Source of the DNA: Acidobacteriota bacterium
GTDB lineage: Bacteria > Acidobacteriota > Vicinamibacteria > Vicinamibacterales > UBA2999
Length of the DNA stretch: 64,000 nt
Direction of reading: 5' to 3'
Assembly (NCBI GenBank): GCA_023265015.1
Contig: JAHFUO010000003.1
Location: 2,866 to 66,865, forward strand
Below are positions 46,583 to 54,697 of this stretch, piece after piece. The notes beneath the pieces were generated by a model, which saw only the letters and a list, made by a program, of their open reading frames with translations, searched no databases and had not been told where the DNA came from. Position numbers and translations under genes: made by a program. The stretch's first letter is position 1, and each line of letters begins with the position of its first letter.

Positions 46583-47982
46583 CATCGACGCCGCGCTGGC
46601 GCCTGGCGGCGTACGCATACGCGCTGGTGCTTGGCTGCGTGACGAGCTATTTCCTCCTGGGTATTCCGATCCAGCTCAGCGACAGCTTTGCCAACCTGCT
46701 GCAGATACAGGGCACGCCGGTATCGCAGGTGTTCGTGCACGAGCTTCGCGGGGGCGGCTACCTGCGGCCGCTGCTCCAGGTGCAGCTCAAGATCGTGTAC
46801 GACCTGGCGCGCGGCGATTACTTCGAGTGGTATCGCGGAATCCAGGCGCTGCAGGTGATCGTCGCGCTGCTCCTGTCGGTCCACCTCCTTCGAATCCGCA
46901 CCGCGACCGAGGCTGCGGTCGTGCCTGTCTGCCTCGCCATCCTGCTTGGCATTCATACGTTCACCGGAACGGTGCGCGAGGCGTTTCCCATCAACACGTT
47001 CCTGACGCTTGTGCTCTGCTGTCTCGCGGCGGCGTGTCTCTCGCAGTCCCGCGGGGGCCGAATCGTCGATCTGCTGTCGGTGCTGCTCCTCGTGTTTTCG
47101 CTCCTGACGCTCGAGACGGGGCTGCTCGTGTGGGTGGTGTTCGTGGCAGCCTATCTACTCCGATATCCGGGCACGTCGCGGCGCGCGGCCATCGCGTGCA
47201 CCGCGATCGTCGCAGCATACGTGCTGGTGCGCTTCCTTGTTCTGCGCGTGGGTACGCCCGGACTGACCGAACGATCGTCCGGCTTCGGCTTCAGCACGCT
47301 CGAACCGGGGGAACTGGTCGCGCGCTTCGGAGCCAACCCGCTCCCCTTCTACGCCTACAACGTCGCGAGTGCCGCGCTGGGACTGCTGTTCGCCGAGCCT
47401 CGAGGCGGCGTCTGGGTATTCGGCGCATTGCAGCCGTGGCACGTTATCAACATCCTGTCGTCCGCGCTCACGACGATTCTCATCGGGTATTACATCGCGC
47501 AGCGATTCGTCGCGTGGCGCCGCAACGAGATCACCGACAACGATCGTCTGGTGCTGCTGTTCCTCGCCGTGCTCCCGGCAAACGCCTTCTTGTGTTTCGC
47601 CTATTCGAAGGAAGTGATCATGAGCCCCGCCGGCGTGTTTTACGCGCTCGCGGCATTCGTGGCGTTCCGCCATCTGCTCGTGGCGCCGCCGGCGTGGTGG
47701 TCGTCTTCACGAGGCGCCGCCGCCGCCGTGCTCATCACGGTGGTTGCGGCCGGCTGGAGTGTGCGTCTCGTCGGGATTCATTACGTGCTTCGTTCGACGG
47801 CTGGAACGGTCCGCACCGAGTGGGCGTTTGTCGACGATTGGCAAGAGCGGAACAGGATCACCATCGCGTCTCCCGAACGGCGACGGCTGAAACAGACCCT
47901 CTACGATGATGCCATCTGGCGGCGGCCGGAACCGCCGCGCGTCGCCCTGCGCTGGGCCGATCGAGTGTTCGACACGCAATGA
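46567..47982 (+). CDS. Polytopic membrane protein, family D (GT-C/polymerase-like candidate)
   Basis: 471 aa, about 12 hydrophobic helices. Paralog of the truncated gene at 1..622. Short C-terminal soluble tail. Confidence 0.7.
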   Translation: MGVTVTSTPRWRLAAYAYALVLGCVTSYFLLGIPIQLSDSFANLLQIQGTPVSQVFVHELRGGGYLRPLLQVQLKIVYDLARGDYFEWYRGIQALQVIVALLLSVHLLRIRTATEAAVVPVCLAILLGIHTFTGTVREAFPINTFLTLVLCCLAAACLSQSRGGRIVDLLSVLLLVFSLLTLETGLLVWVVFVAAYLLRYPGTSRRAAIACTAIVAAYVLVRFLVLRVGTPGLTERSSGFGFSTLEPGELVARFGANPLPFYAYNVASAALGLLFAEPRGGVWVFGALQPWHVINILSSALTTILIGYYIAQRFVAWRRNEITDNDRLVLLFLAVLPANAFLCFAYSKEVIMSPAGVFYALAAFVAFRHLLVAPPAWWSSSRGAAAAVLITVVAAGWSVRLVGIHYVLRSTAGTVRTEWAFVDDWQERNRITIASPERRRLKQTLYDDAIWRRPEPPRVALRWADRVFDTQ

Positions 47983-48509
47983 CCGTCGCAGCCTCGGACA
48001 CGCGATCACGCATTCCCGCGCGCGGCGAGCAGCCGCCGGTCGTGGCGATGGTCGCGATGCTGTCGCCGCCGCTGCTCGCGACTGCGCTTCTCCTCGGCCT
48101 CATCGTCTCGGAAGCTGCCGGCGTTCGAATCGGCACCTTTCCGCAGCCGACGACGGTCTCGGGAGCGCTTGCGCTCGGCGACGCGGCGGCCGCCGTCGCG
48201 ATGATCCGGGCCGGCCGCGATCCGAACGAACGATCGGTCGTGGGCACAGGATTGCTCGATTCGCATCGGAGCGTTCGCGTGACGCCGCTGCAGGCGGCTG
48301 TGCTGGCTCGACGCCCCGAGTTCATTGGGCTGATGCTGCGCCACGGCGCGCGGGTTGACGAGTCGCAGCGCCTTGCGTGCCTCGTTCGCGCGGTCGGCAT
48401 CGTGAAGGATGTGCCGCCCGGAATCATCGCCGTCATCGACAGTCACACTGATGAGGTCCGGGCCGACGGCATCGAGGCGCTCGAGCGCTGCGGCCTTCCG
48501 TCGGAGTGA
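47979..48509 (+). CDS. Small membrane-anchored protein with ankyrin-like repeat(s)
   Basis: ATGA overlap. TM/signal segment VVAMVAMLSPPLLATALLLGLIV. RVTPLQAAVLARRPEFIGLMLRHGARVD fits the ANK consensus TPLhxAxxxxxxxxxxxLLxxGAxxD. Confidence 0.45.
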   Translation: MTVAASDTRSRIPARGEQPPVVAMVAMLSPPLLATALLLGLIVSEAAGVRIGTFPQPTTVSGALALGDAAAAVAMIRAGRDPNERSVVGTGLLDSHRSVRVTPLQAAVLARRPEFIGLMLRHGARVDESQRLACLVRAVGIVKDVPPGIIAVIDSHTDEVRADGIEALERCGLPSE

Positions 48510-48516
48510 GGATCGA

Positions 48517-49533
48517 GTGAGCACACGAGGACTGACGATCGTGACCGGCGGCGCCGGCTTTATCGGATCCGAGCTGGTGCGCCAGCTCGCCGATCACGAC
48601 GCGCGCGTCGCGGTCATCGACAACCTCGTCAACGGAAAGCGCGAGAATCTCGGCGGTCTGACGGGTGACCGCGTCACCCTCCTCGAGCGCGACGTCCGCG
48701 ACGTGTCGGCGTACGCCTCGCTCCTGCGCGAGGCCGACCTGGTCTATCACCTCGCGTGCCTCGGTGTTCGACACTCCGTGCATTCGCCGGTCGAGAATCA
48801 CGAGGTCAACGCGACCGCGACATTGCGGCTGCTCGAGGCGAGCCGCGCTGCCGGCGTGCCGAAGTTCGTCTACGTCTCGAGCTCCGAGGTGTACGGCACG
48901 GCGCGCTGGGCGCCGATGAGCGAGGATCACCCGACGTTTCCCTGTACCGTCTACGGCGGCTCGAAGCTCGCGGGCGAGGCGTACACGCGCGCGTTTCACC
49001 GCACGTACGGCTATCCGACCGTCGTCGTGCGTCCGTTCAACACGTACGGGCCGCGCAGCCATCACGAGGGGGACAGCGGAGAGGTGATCCCGAAGTTCCT
49101 GCTGCGCTGCCTTGCGGGAAAGCCGATGGTGATCTTCGGCGATGGGACGCAGACGCGCGACTTCACCTACGTATCCGATTCCGCGCGCGGCATCATCCTC
49201 GCCGGCACCAGTCCCGCCGCGATCGGACGGACGATCAACCTCGGGAGCGGTCACGAGGTCACGATCAATGATCTCGCGCGCGCGGTCGCGCAGATTGCCG
49301 GACGCCCAGACGCAGCGGTCGTTCACGACGATCCGCGACCCGGCGATGTGCTGCGCCTCTGCGCCGACACGTCGCAGGCACGCACGCTGCTCGACTACGA
49401 CGTGCGCGTGCCGCTCGCCGAAGGGCTGGCGCAGCTGCTTGCCTGGTATCGAGCCGAGGGGACGCCGCCGGAGCAGCTGCTGCAGAACGAAGTGGTTCGC
49501 AACTGGGACGTGAAGCCCGTGGTCGCCCGATGA
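48517..49533 (+). CDS. NAD-dependent epimerase/dehydratase (extended SDR; sugar 4,6-dehydratase / ArnA-C-terminal-like)
   Basis: GTG 48517. LTIVTGGAGFIGSELVRQL, SSSEVYG, YGGSKLAGE (YxxxK), NTYGPRS. Confidence 0.8.
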   Translation: MSTRGLTIVTGGAGFIGSELVRQLADHDARVAVIDNLVNGKRENLGGLTGDRVTLLERDVRDVSAYASLLREADLVYHLACLGVRHSVHSPVENHEVNATATLRLLEASRAAGVPKFVYVSSSEVYGTARWAPMSEDHPTFPCTVYGGSKLAGEAYTRAFHRTYGYPTVVVRPFNTYGPRSHHEGDSGEVIPKFLLRCLAGKPMVIFGDGTQTRDFTYVSDSARGIILAGTSPAAIGRTINLGSGHEVTINDLARAVAQIAGRPDAAVVHDDPRPGDVLRLCADTSQARTLLDYDVRVPLAEGLAQLLAWYRAEGTPPEQLLQNEVVRNWDVKPVVAR

Positions 49534-50693
49534 CCGTCAACACGATGATCCCTGTCGCGCGCCCCTGGATGGACGAGCGCGAAGCCGAAGCGGCGCGCCG
49601 CGCGATCCTCTCCGGCTGGGTGACGCAGGGGCCGGAGGTGGCCGCCTTCGAGCGGGAGTTCGCGGCCGCGGTCGGCGCGCCCCACGCATGCGCCGTGTCG
49701 AGCTGCACCACCGCCTTGCACCTCGCGCTGCTGGCGGCCGGCGTGGGCGCAGGTGACGAGGTCATCACCGTCACTCACTCGTTCATCGCCACCGCGAACG
49801 CGATCCGCTACTGCGGCGCAACACCGGTGTTCGTTGACATCCAGCTCGAGACATTCAACATCGATCCCGCGCTCGTCGAGGCGGCGATATCCGCCCGCAC
49901 GAAGGCGATTCTTGCCGTGCATCAGCTCGGGATGCCGTGCGACCTCGCGTCGCTCATCGAGGTCGCCGGCCGCCGCGGGATTCCTGTTGTCGAGGATGCC
50001 GCGTGCGCGATCGGCAGCGAGATCAGCTGGCAGGGCGCGTGGGAGCGGATCGGCGCGCCGCGCGGCGACATCGCGTGCTTCTCGTTTCATCCGCGCAAGC
50101 TGGTGTCGACCGGCGACGGCGGCATGCTCACGACGAGCGATCCGGCGCTCGACCGGAAGTTCAGGCTGCGTCGACAGCACGGCATGAGCGTGCCGGACTC
50201 CGTGCGCCACGCGTCGAACCAGGTCATCTTCGAGGACTACCCGGTGCTCGGCTACAACTACAGGATGACCGACATCCAGGCGGCGATCGGCCGCGAGCAG
50301 CTGAAGCGCCTTCCGGCGATCGTCGCGCGCCGCCGTGAGCTGGCCGCGCGGTACCAGGCCGGGCTGGAATCGCTCGACGGCATCATCGTGCCGCGCGAGC
50401 CGGCGTGGGCCCGCAGCAACTGGCAGAGCTACGCGGTGCGCATCGGCGCGTGGATCGATCAGCGCACGGTGATGCAGCGGATGCTCGACGCCGGCGTGTC
50501 GACGCGCAGGGGCGCGACGAACGTCCATCGAGAGGCGGCCTATCCGCCGGAGGCCTGGCGCGCGGCGGGCACGCTCGCGCTGAGCGACGAAGCGCTGGAG
50601 ACGGCAATCGTGCTGCCGCTTTACCATCAGCTCACCGAAGAAGATCAGGACAGAGTGATCGACAGTCTCAAATCAGCGGTGCATTCTTCCTGA
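49530..50693 (+). CDS. DegT-family PLP-dependent sugar aminotransferase (ArnB/LegC/PglE-like)
   Basis: ATGA overlap. IPVARPWMDEREAEAARRAILSGWVTQGPEVAAFE, AVSSCTTALHLALLAAGVGAGDEVI, FSFHPRKLVSTGDGGML. Confidence 0.85.
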   Translation: MTVNTMIPVARPWMDEREAEAARRAILSGWVTQGPEVAAFEREFAAAVGAPHACAVSSCTTALHLALLAAGVGAGDEVITVTHSFIATANAIRYCGATPVFVDIQLETFNIDPALVEAAISARTKAILAVHQLGMPCDLASLIEVAGRRGIPVVEDAACAIGSEISWQGAWERIGAPRGDIACFSFHPRKLVSTGDGGMLTTSDPALDRKFRLRRQHGMSVPDSVRHASNQVIFEDYPVLGYNYRMTDIQAAIGREQLKRLPAIVARRRELAARYQAGLESLDGIIVPREPAWARSNWQSYAVRIGAWIDQRTVMQRMLDAGVSTRRGATNVHREAAYPPEAWRAAGTLALSDEALETAIVLPLYHQLTEEDQDRVIDSLKSAVHSS

Positions 50694-50710
50694 GCCCTGA
50701 GCCCCGAGCC
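50691..50710. repeat. Solo GAGCC-unit array (right-arm type of the GGCTCAAG/GAGCC family)
   Basis: tgagccctgagccccgagcc. Begins with the upstream stop codon and ends 3 nt before ATG 50714. No complementary left arm seen. Confidence 0.6.
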
Positions 50711-50713
50711 GAC

Positions 50714-51646
50714 ATGCTTTCCATTCTGACTCCTGCGTTCAACGAGGCCGCCAATCTGCCGGCGCTGTACGACCGCCTGGTCGAGACGATGGGCGTGGTG
50801 GGCGGTGAATGGGAATGGGTCATCGTCGACGATCATTCGCGCGACGAGACGTTCGCGGTCATCGAGCACCTGGCGATGCGCGACGCGCGTGTCCGCGGCG
50901 TGAGGCTGGCGCGCAACTCCGGCTCGCACGTCGCGATCACGTGCGGCCTGCATCACGTGGACGGCCGTGCGGCGGTGATGCTGGCGGCCGATCTCCAGGA
51001 TCCACCGGAGACGCTGACCGCGATGCTCGACAAGTGGCGCCATGGCGCGCAGGTCGTCTGGGCGGTCCGCCGCGAGCGCCCCGGCGAGAAATCGCACGCG
51101 GGGTTTGCCGCGCTGTATTACTGGATCATGCGGCGCGTCGTGGGCATGACGGAGATGCCGGCGCGCGGAACCGACTGTTTCCTCGTCGATCGCGCGGTGA
51201 TCGACGCGTTCCGGCGCTTCCCGGAGCGGAACGTCAGCGTGCTTGCGTTGATCACCTGGCTTGGCTTCCGCCAGGAGCAGGTCGAGTACGACAAGCAGCC
51301 GCGCGCGGGGGGCCAGTCGGGGTGGACGCTGGCGCGCAAGATCACGCTGGTTCTTGATTCGGTCGCGTCGTTCTCCGAGTTTCCGATCCGCCTCTGCTCG
51401 TACGCTGGTGTGGGGCTGATGGTGGTCGCGTGTGTGATCTTCGTTGCGTCGATCATCCTTCTGCCCAGCCTGGGCGGCGGCATCCTGTTCCTCATTGCCC
51501 TGATGATTGGATTGGCCGGGCTTCAGCTCCTGGCTCTCGGCATCGTCGGCGAATATGTCTGGCGGGCGCTCGATGAGGCGCGGCGCCGTCCGGCCTACGT
51601 GATCGAGGCGGTCGCCGGACAGCGCGAACCCGCCAAGCTGCAGTAG
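50714..51646 (+). CDS. GT2 polyprenyl-phosphate glycosyltransferase (ArnC/CsbB/GtrB-like)
   Basis: ILTPAFNEAANLPALYDRL, VIVDDHSRDETF, LAADLQDPPE. Two C-terminal TM helices ending GLQLLALGIVGEYVWRALDEARRRPAYVIE. Confidence 0.8.
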   Translation: MLSILTPAFNEAANLPALYDRLVETMGVVGGEWEWVIVDDHSRDETFAVIEHLAMRDARVRGVRLARNSGSHVAITCGLHHVDGRAAVMLAADLQDPPETLTAMLDKWRHGAQVVWAVRRERPGEKSHAGFAALYYWIMRRVVGMTEMPARGTDCFLVDRAVIDAFRRFPERNVSVLALITWLGFRQEQVEYDKQPRAGGQSGWTLARKITLVLDSVASFSEFPIRLCSYAGVGLMVVACVIFVASIILLPSLGGGILFLIALMIGLAGLQLLALGIVGEYVWRALDEARRRPAYVIEAVAGQREPAKLQ

Positions 51647-51647
51647 A

Positions 51648-52595
51648 ATGACGATTTCCGGTTCGCCCATTTTGATCGACTGTGTCGCCGGGTATCACCT
51701 GAATCCGTTGACGTGCGGCATCGCGAAGTTCAACGCGATTCTCGCGCGTCGTCTCGAGCTGCCCGTCGTGGGGATCCGGTCGGTGGAGCTCGAGGGTTAC
51801 ACACGGCCGCTGCTGTCGCTCAAGATGAACGAGTTCACGGCGGAGGACGCGCTGGCGCTCGACACGTGGATCGATCGTCACGCGGGGCAGTTCGAGCTGT
51901 TCCTGCACGCCTTTGACGACACGGCGCTCGAGAAGCGGATGCTGGCGGCCGCCGCGCGGGTCTGCTGCGGCAATCGCGAGCTGTTCGAGCAGTTGAAGCC
52001 GGCGCGCCCCGATATCGTCGAGGCCTTCTGTCCGGGCACGCTGCTCAACCCGCAGCGGTTCCAGCAGACGGAGCTGTCGGTCTTCACCTTCGGCATGGCG
52101 CACAAGATCCGCGTGCCGCTCTATCGACGGCTCCGCGATCTGCTCGAGGCGACGGGGAAGACCTACTCCGTGTTCGTCTCGACGGCGCTCCACGAGAACA
52201 CCAGCTTTGACGACTCGTTCGTCGTGCGCTTCGAGGAGCTGCAGTCGATCTTCAACGGGCAGGTCTACTTCATGGGGTACCTGTCGGACACGGCGGTGTT
52301 CAATCACCTCGTCGACTGCACGTTCCTGGCGGCGTTCTTCGAGAAGGGACTGCGCGCGAACAACACCACGGTGAACGCCGCGATGGAATGCGGGTGCGCG
52401 GTGATCACGAACCTGGACGAGCATTCGCCCGACGGGCTCATGCACATGAAGAACGTGATCGACATCAATCGATGCGATCGGCTGCCGGACGTGGCGCAGG
52501 CGGAGACGATCGGCCGCGCGGCGCGCGACATCGCGCACGCGGACTACGGCTGGGACCAGCTCGTCGCGCAGCTGCGCCCGGTCGTCCGGACGTAG
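51648..52595 (+). CDS. Hypothetical protein with GT-B (GT1/GT4-like) C-terminal half
   Basis: 315 aa. VYFMGYLSDTAVFNHLVDCTFLAAFFEKGLRANNTTVNAAMECGCAVITN resembles the Glycos_transf_1 donor-binding segment. Confidence 0.45.
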   Translation: MTISGSPILIDCVAGYHLNPLTCGIAKFNAILARRLELPVVGIRSVELEGYTRPLLSLKMNEFTAEDALALDTWIDRHAGQFELFLHAFDDTALEKRMLAAAARVCCGNRELFEQLKPARPDIVEAFCPGTLLNPQRFQQTELSVFTFGMAHKIRVPLYRRLRDLLEATGKTYSVFVSTALHENTSFDDSFVVRFEELQSIFNGQVYFMGYLSDTAVFNHLVDCTFLAAFFEKGLRANNTTVNAAMECGCAVITNLDEHSPDGLMHMKNVIDINRCDRLPDVAQAETIGRAARDIAHADYGWDQLVAQLRPVVRT

Positions 52596-52620
52596 GCGGG
52601 GCGTAAAGCCCCGCCCTACG
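52591..52620. repeat. Hairpin-CCTACG family element (near-perfect palindrome)
   Basis: cgtaggcggggc gtaaa gccccgccctacg. Contains the upstream TAG stop. Confidence 0.8.
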
Positions 52621-52636
52621 ACGTCGGAACATCTGC

Positions 52637-52710
52637 ACGTAGGGCGCCCCTTTACGGGGCGCCATCGGGAATCCAGACGTAGGGCGCCCCTTTACGGGGC
52701 GCCATCGGGA
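52637..52710. repeat. Two identical 34-bp hairpin-CCTACG elements in opposite orientation to 32216, 40-bp period
   Basis: acgtagggcgcccctttacggggcgccatcggga at 52637-52670 and again at 52677-52710. Each carries the hairpin ggcgcccc-tttac-ggggcgcc. Ends 3 nt before ATG 52714. Confidence 0.9.
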
Positions 52711-52713
52711 GAA

Positions 52714-53796
52714 ATGGAATTGGCAGCGACCATCACGATCGGCACGCATGACATCGGCGACCACACGAAGTGCTACGTGATCGCCGAGATCGGCCACAAC
52801 CACCAGGGCAGCGTCGAGAAGGCGCGCGAGCTGTTCCGCGAGGCGAAGCTCGCGGGCGCCAACGCCGTGAAGCTGCAGAAGCGCGAGAACCGCGGTCTCT
52901 ACACGCGCGCGGCGTACAACAAGCCGTACGACAACGAGAACAGCTTCGGCTCCACCTACGGCGAGCATCGCGAGTTTCTCGAGTTCGGCCTCAGGGAATA
53001 CCGCGAGCTGCAGGCGTACGCGCGCGAGCTGGACGTCGACTTCTTCTCGACCGCGTTCGATCTCGCGAGCGCGGAATTCCTGAGACAGCTGGACCTTCCG
53101 GCGTACAAGATCGCCTCCGGCGATCTGAAGAGCACGCCGCTGCTGAAGCACGTGGCCGCCTTCGGCAAGCCGATCATCGTCTCCACCGGCGGCGCGGAGA
53201 TGGCCGACGTGCAGCGCGCGTACGACGCGATCATGCCGATCAACCAGCAGCTCGCGATCCTGCAGTGCACGGCCGGGTATCCCGCGGCGTTCGACGAGCT
53301 CGACCTGCGCGTGATCGGCACGTTCCGCGACCGCTTCCCGGGCGCCGTCATCGGCTTTTCCGGTCACGACAACGGCATCGCGATGCCGGTCGCCGCGTAC
53401 ATGCTCGGCGCGCGCATTGTCGAGAAGCACTTCACGCTGAATCGGGCGATGAAGGGCACCGACCACGCGTTCTCGCTCGAGCCGGTCGGCCTCCGCAAGT
53501 TGGTTCGCGACCTCGAGCGCACGCACAAGGCGCTTGGCAACGGCGTCAAGAAGATCTACGACAGCGAGAGGGCGCCGATCATCAAGATGGGCAAGAGCCT
53601 CGTCGTCGCGCGCGATCTTCCGGCCGGACACGTGATTGGACCGAAGGACATCATGATGAAGTCGCCCGGCGGCGGCATTCCCCCGTACGAGCTGGAGAAG
53701 GTGATCGGCTGCATAACGCTCAAGCCCCTGGTCGAGGATGATTTCCTCACCTTCGACGTCTTGAGCAAGCCGAACGCCGCGCTCGCCCGTTCGTGA
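52714..53796 (+). CDS. neuB: Nonulosonic acid synthase, NANS-like (possible sugar-phosphate-utilising Neu5Ac-9-P/Kdn-9-P synthase type) with SAF domain
   Basis: CYVIAEIGHNHQGSVEKARELFREAKLAGANAVKLQK, SFGSTYGEHREFLEFGLREYRELQAYARELDVDFFSTAFD, YKIASGD, GFSGHDNG, KGTDHAFSLEP, SLVVARDLPAGHVIGPKDIMMKSPG. Confidence 0.8.
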   Translation: MELAATITIGTHDIGDHTKCYVIAEIGHNHQGSVEKARELFREAKLAGANAVKLQKRENRGLYTRAAYNKPYDNENSFGSTYGEHREFLEFGLREYRELQAYARELDVDFFSTAFDLASAEFLRQLDLPAYKIASGDLKSTPLLKHVAAFGKPIIVSTGGAEMADVQRAYDAIMPINQQLAILQCTAGYPAAFDELDLRVIGTFRDRFPGAVIGFSGHDNGIAMPVAAYMLGARIVEKHFTLNRAMKGTDHAFSLEPVGLRKLVRDLERTHKALGNGVKKIYDSERAPIIKMGKSLVVARDLPAGHVIGPKDIMMKSPGGGIPPYELEKVIGCITLKPLVEDDFLTFDVLSKPNAALARS

Positions 53797-54602
53797 ACGA
53801 CGGTTTCCGTCTCGACAGCCAGATCGCCGTTGTCACCGGCGCCTGCGGCAAGCTTGGCCCGATCTGGGTCGAGGCGCTGCTCGGGGCCGGCGCGCGCGTG
53901 GCGGCCCTCGATCTGCCGGGCGCCCCCGTGTCGTCCGCGTTCCGGGCGCTGGCGGATGGCGCCCGCGAGCGGCTTCAGCGCTTCGATTGCGACATCACGA
54001 ACCGGCAGTCGATTGAAGGCGCGGCCGCGGCTGTCGCGACGCGGATGGGATCGCCGGCCGTGCTCGTCAACAACGCCGGCGTCGATCAGCCGCCGGACTC
54101 CAGCGGCAGCCGGTCGCGCATCGACGAGCTTCCGCTCGACCAGTTCCGGAAGATGATCGACGTGAACCTGCTCGGCACGTTCCAGGTCACGCAGGTGTTC
54201 GGCGCGCAGATGGCGAAGCGGGGCAGCGGCTCGATCATCAACATCGGCTCGCTGTACGCGTCGGTCTCGCCCGATCAGCGCCTCTACGATCACCTGGCGG
54301 GCGATCTGCCGTTCCTGAAGTCGCCCGCCTACGGCGCGTCGAAGGCGGCGGTCGTCAACATGACGAAATACTTTGCGACGCTGTGGGGCCGGCAGGGCGT
54401 CCGCGTGAACACGTTGTCGCCCGGCGGCGTGCTTGGCGGCCAGGACGAACAGTTCAAGGCGAAGTACGGCGCACGCGTGCCGCTGGGGCGGATGGCGCAG
54501 GCCGAGGACTTGACGGGACCGCTCGTGTTCCTCGCGTCGCCTGCCTCGTCGTACGTGACTGGACACGAGCTTCGCGTCGATGGAGGGTTTACGGCTTGGT
54601 GA
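53793..54602 (+). CDS. Classical short-chain dehydrogenase/reductase (SDR)
   Basis: GTGA overlap. AVVTGACGKLG, NNAGV, YGASKAAVVNMTKY (YxxxK), LSPGGV. Confidence 0.8.
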   Translation: MNDGFRLDSQIAVVTGACGKLGPIWVEALLGAGARVAALDLPGAPVSSAFRALADGARERLQRFDCDITNRQSIEGAAAAVATRMGSPAVLVNNAGVDQPPDSSGSRSRIDELPLDQFRKMIDVNLLGTFQVTQVFGAQMAKRGSGSIINIGSLYASVSPDQRLYDHLAGDLPFLKSPAYGASKAAVVNMTKYFATLWGRQGVRVNTLSPGGVLGGQDEQFKAKYGARVPLGRMAQAEDLTGPLVFLASPASSYVTGHELRVDGGFTAW

Positions 54603-54608
54603 ACACGA

Positions 54609-54644
54609 TCAACGCCCAACGCCAAACTTTCAACTCCCAAGGCG
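54609..54644. repeat. Solo CCAAC-unit half element (left-arm type of the 37547 palindrome)
   Basis: tcaacgcccaacgccaaactttcaactcccaaggcg vs tccaacgaccaacgtccaactcccaggcg at 37546-37574. No TTGGG arm follows. Confidence 0.6.
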
Positions 54645-54697
54645 CAATCCTCTCAGCGATTCCGTCGACAATCCCGAACCAGATCGGCAGCGACGAT

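Noticed and set aside
54383-54697. Upstream in-frame extension of the aldehyde dehydrogenase ORF (track start 54383, or GTG 54599 with a GTGA overlap)
   Set aside because: 54383-54602 overlaps the SDR gene. 54609-54644 is a copy of the CCAAC repeat half-element seen at 37546-37574, so the in-frame codons there are most likely non-coding. ATG 54698 gives a normal ~472-aa ALDH.
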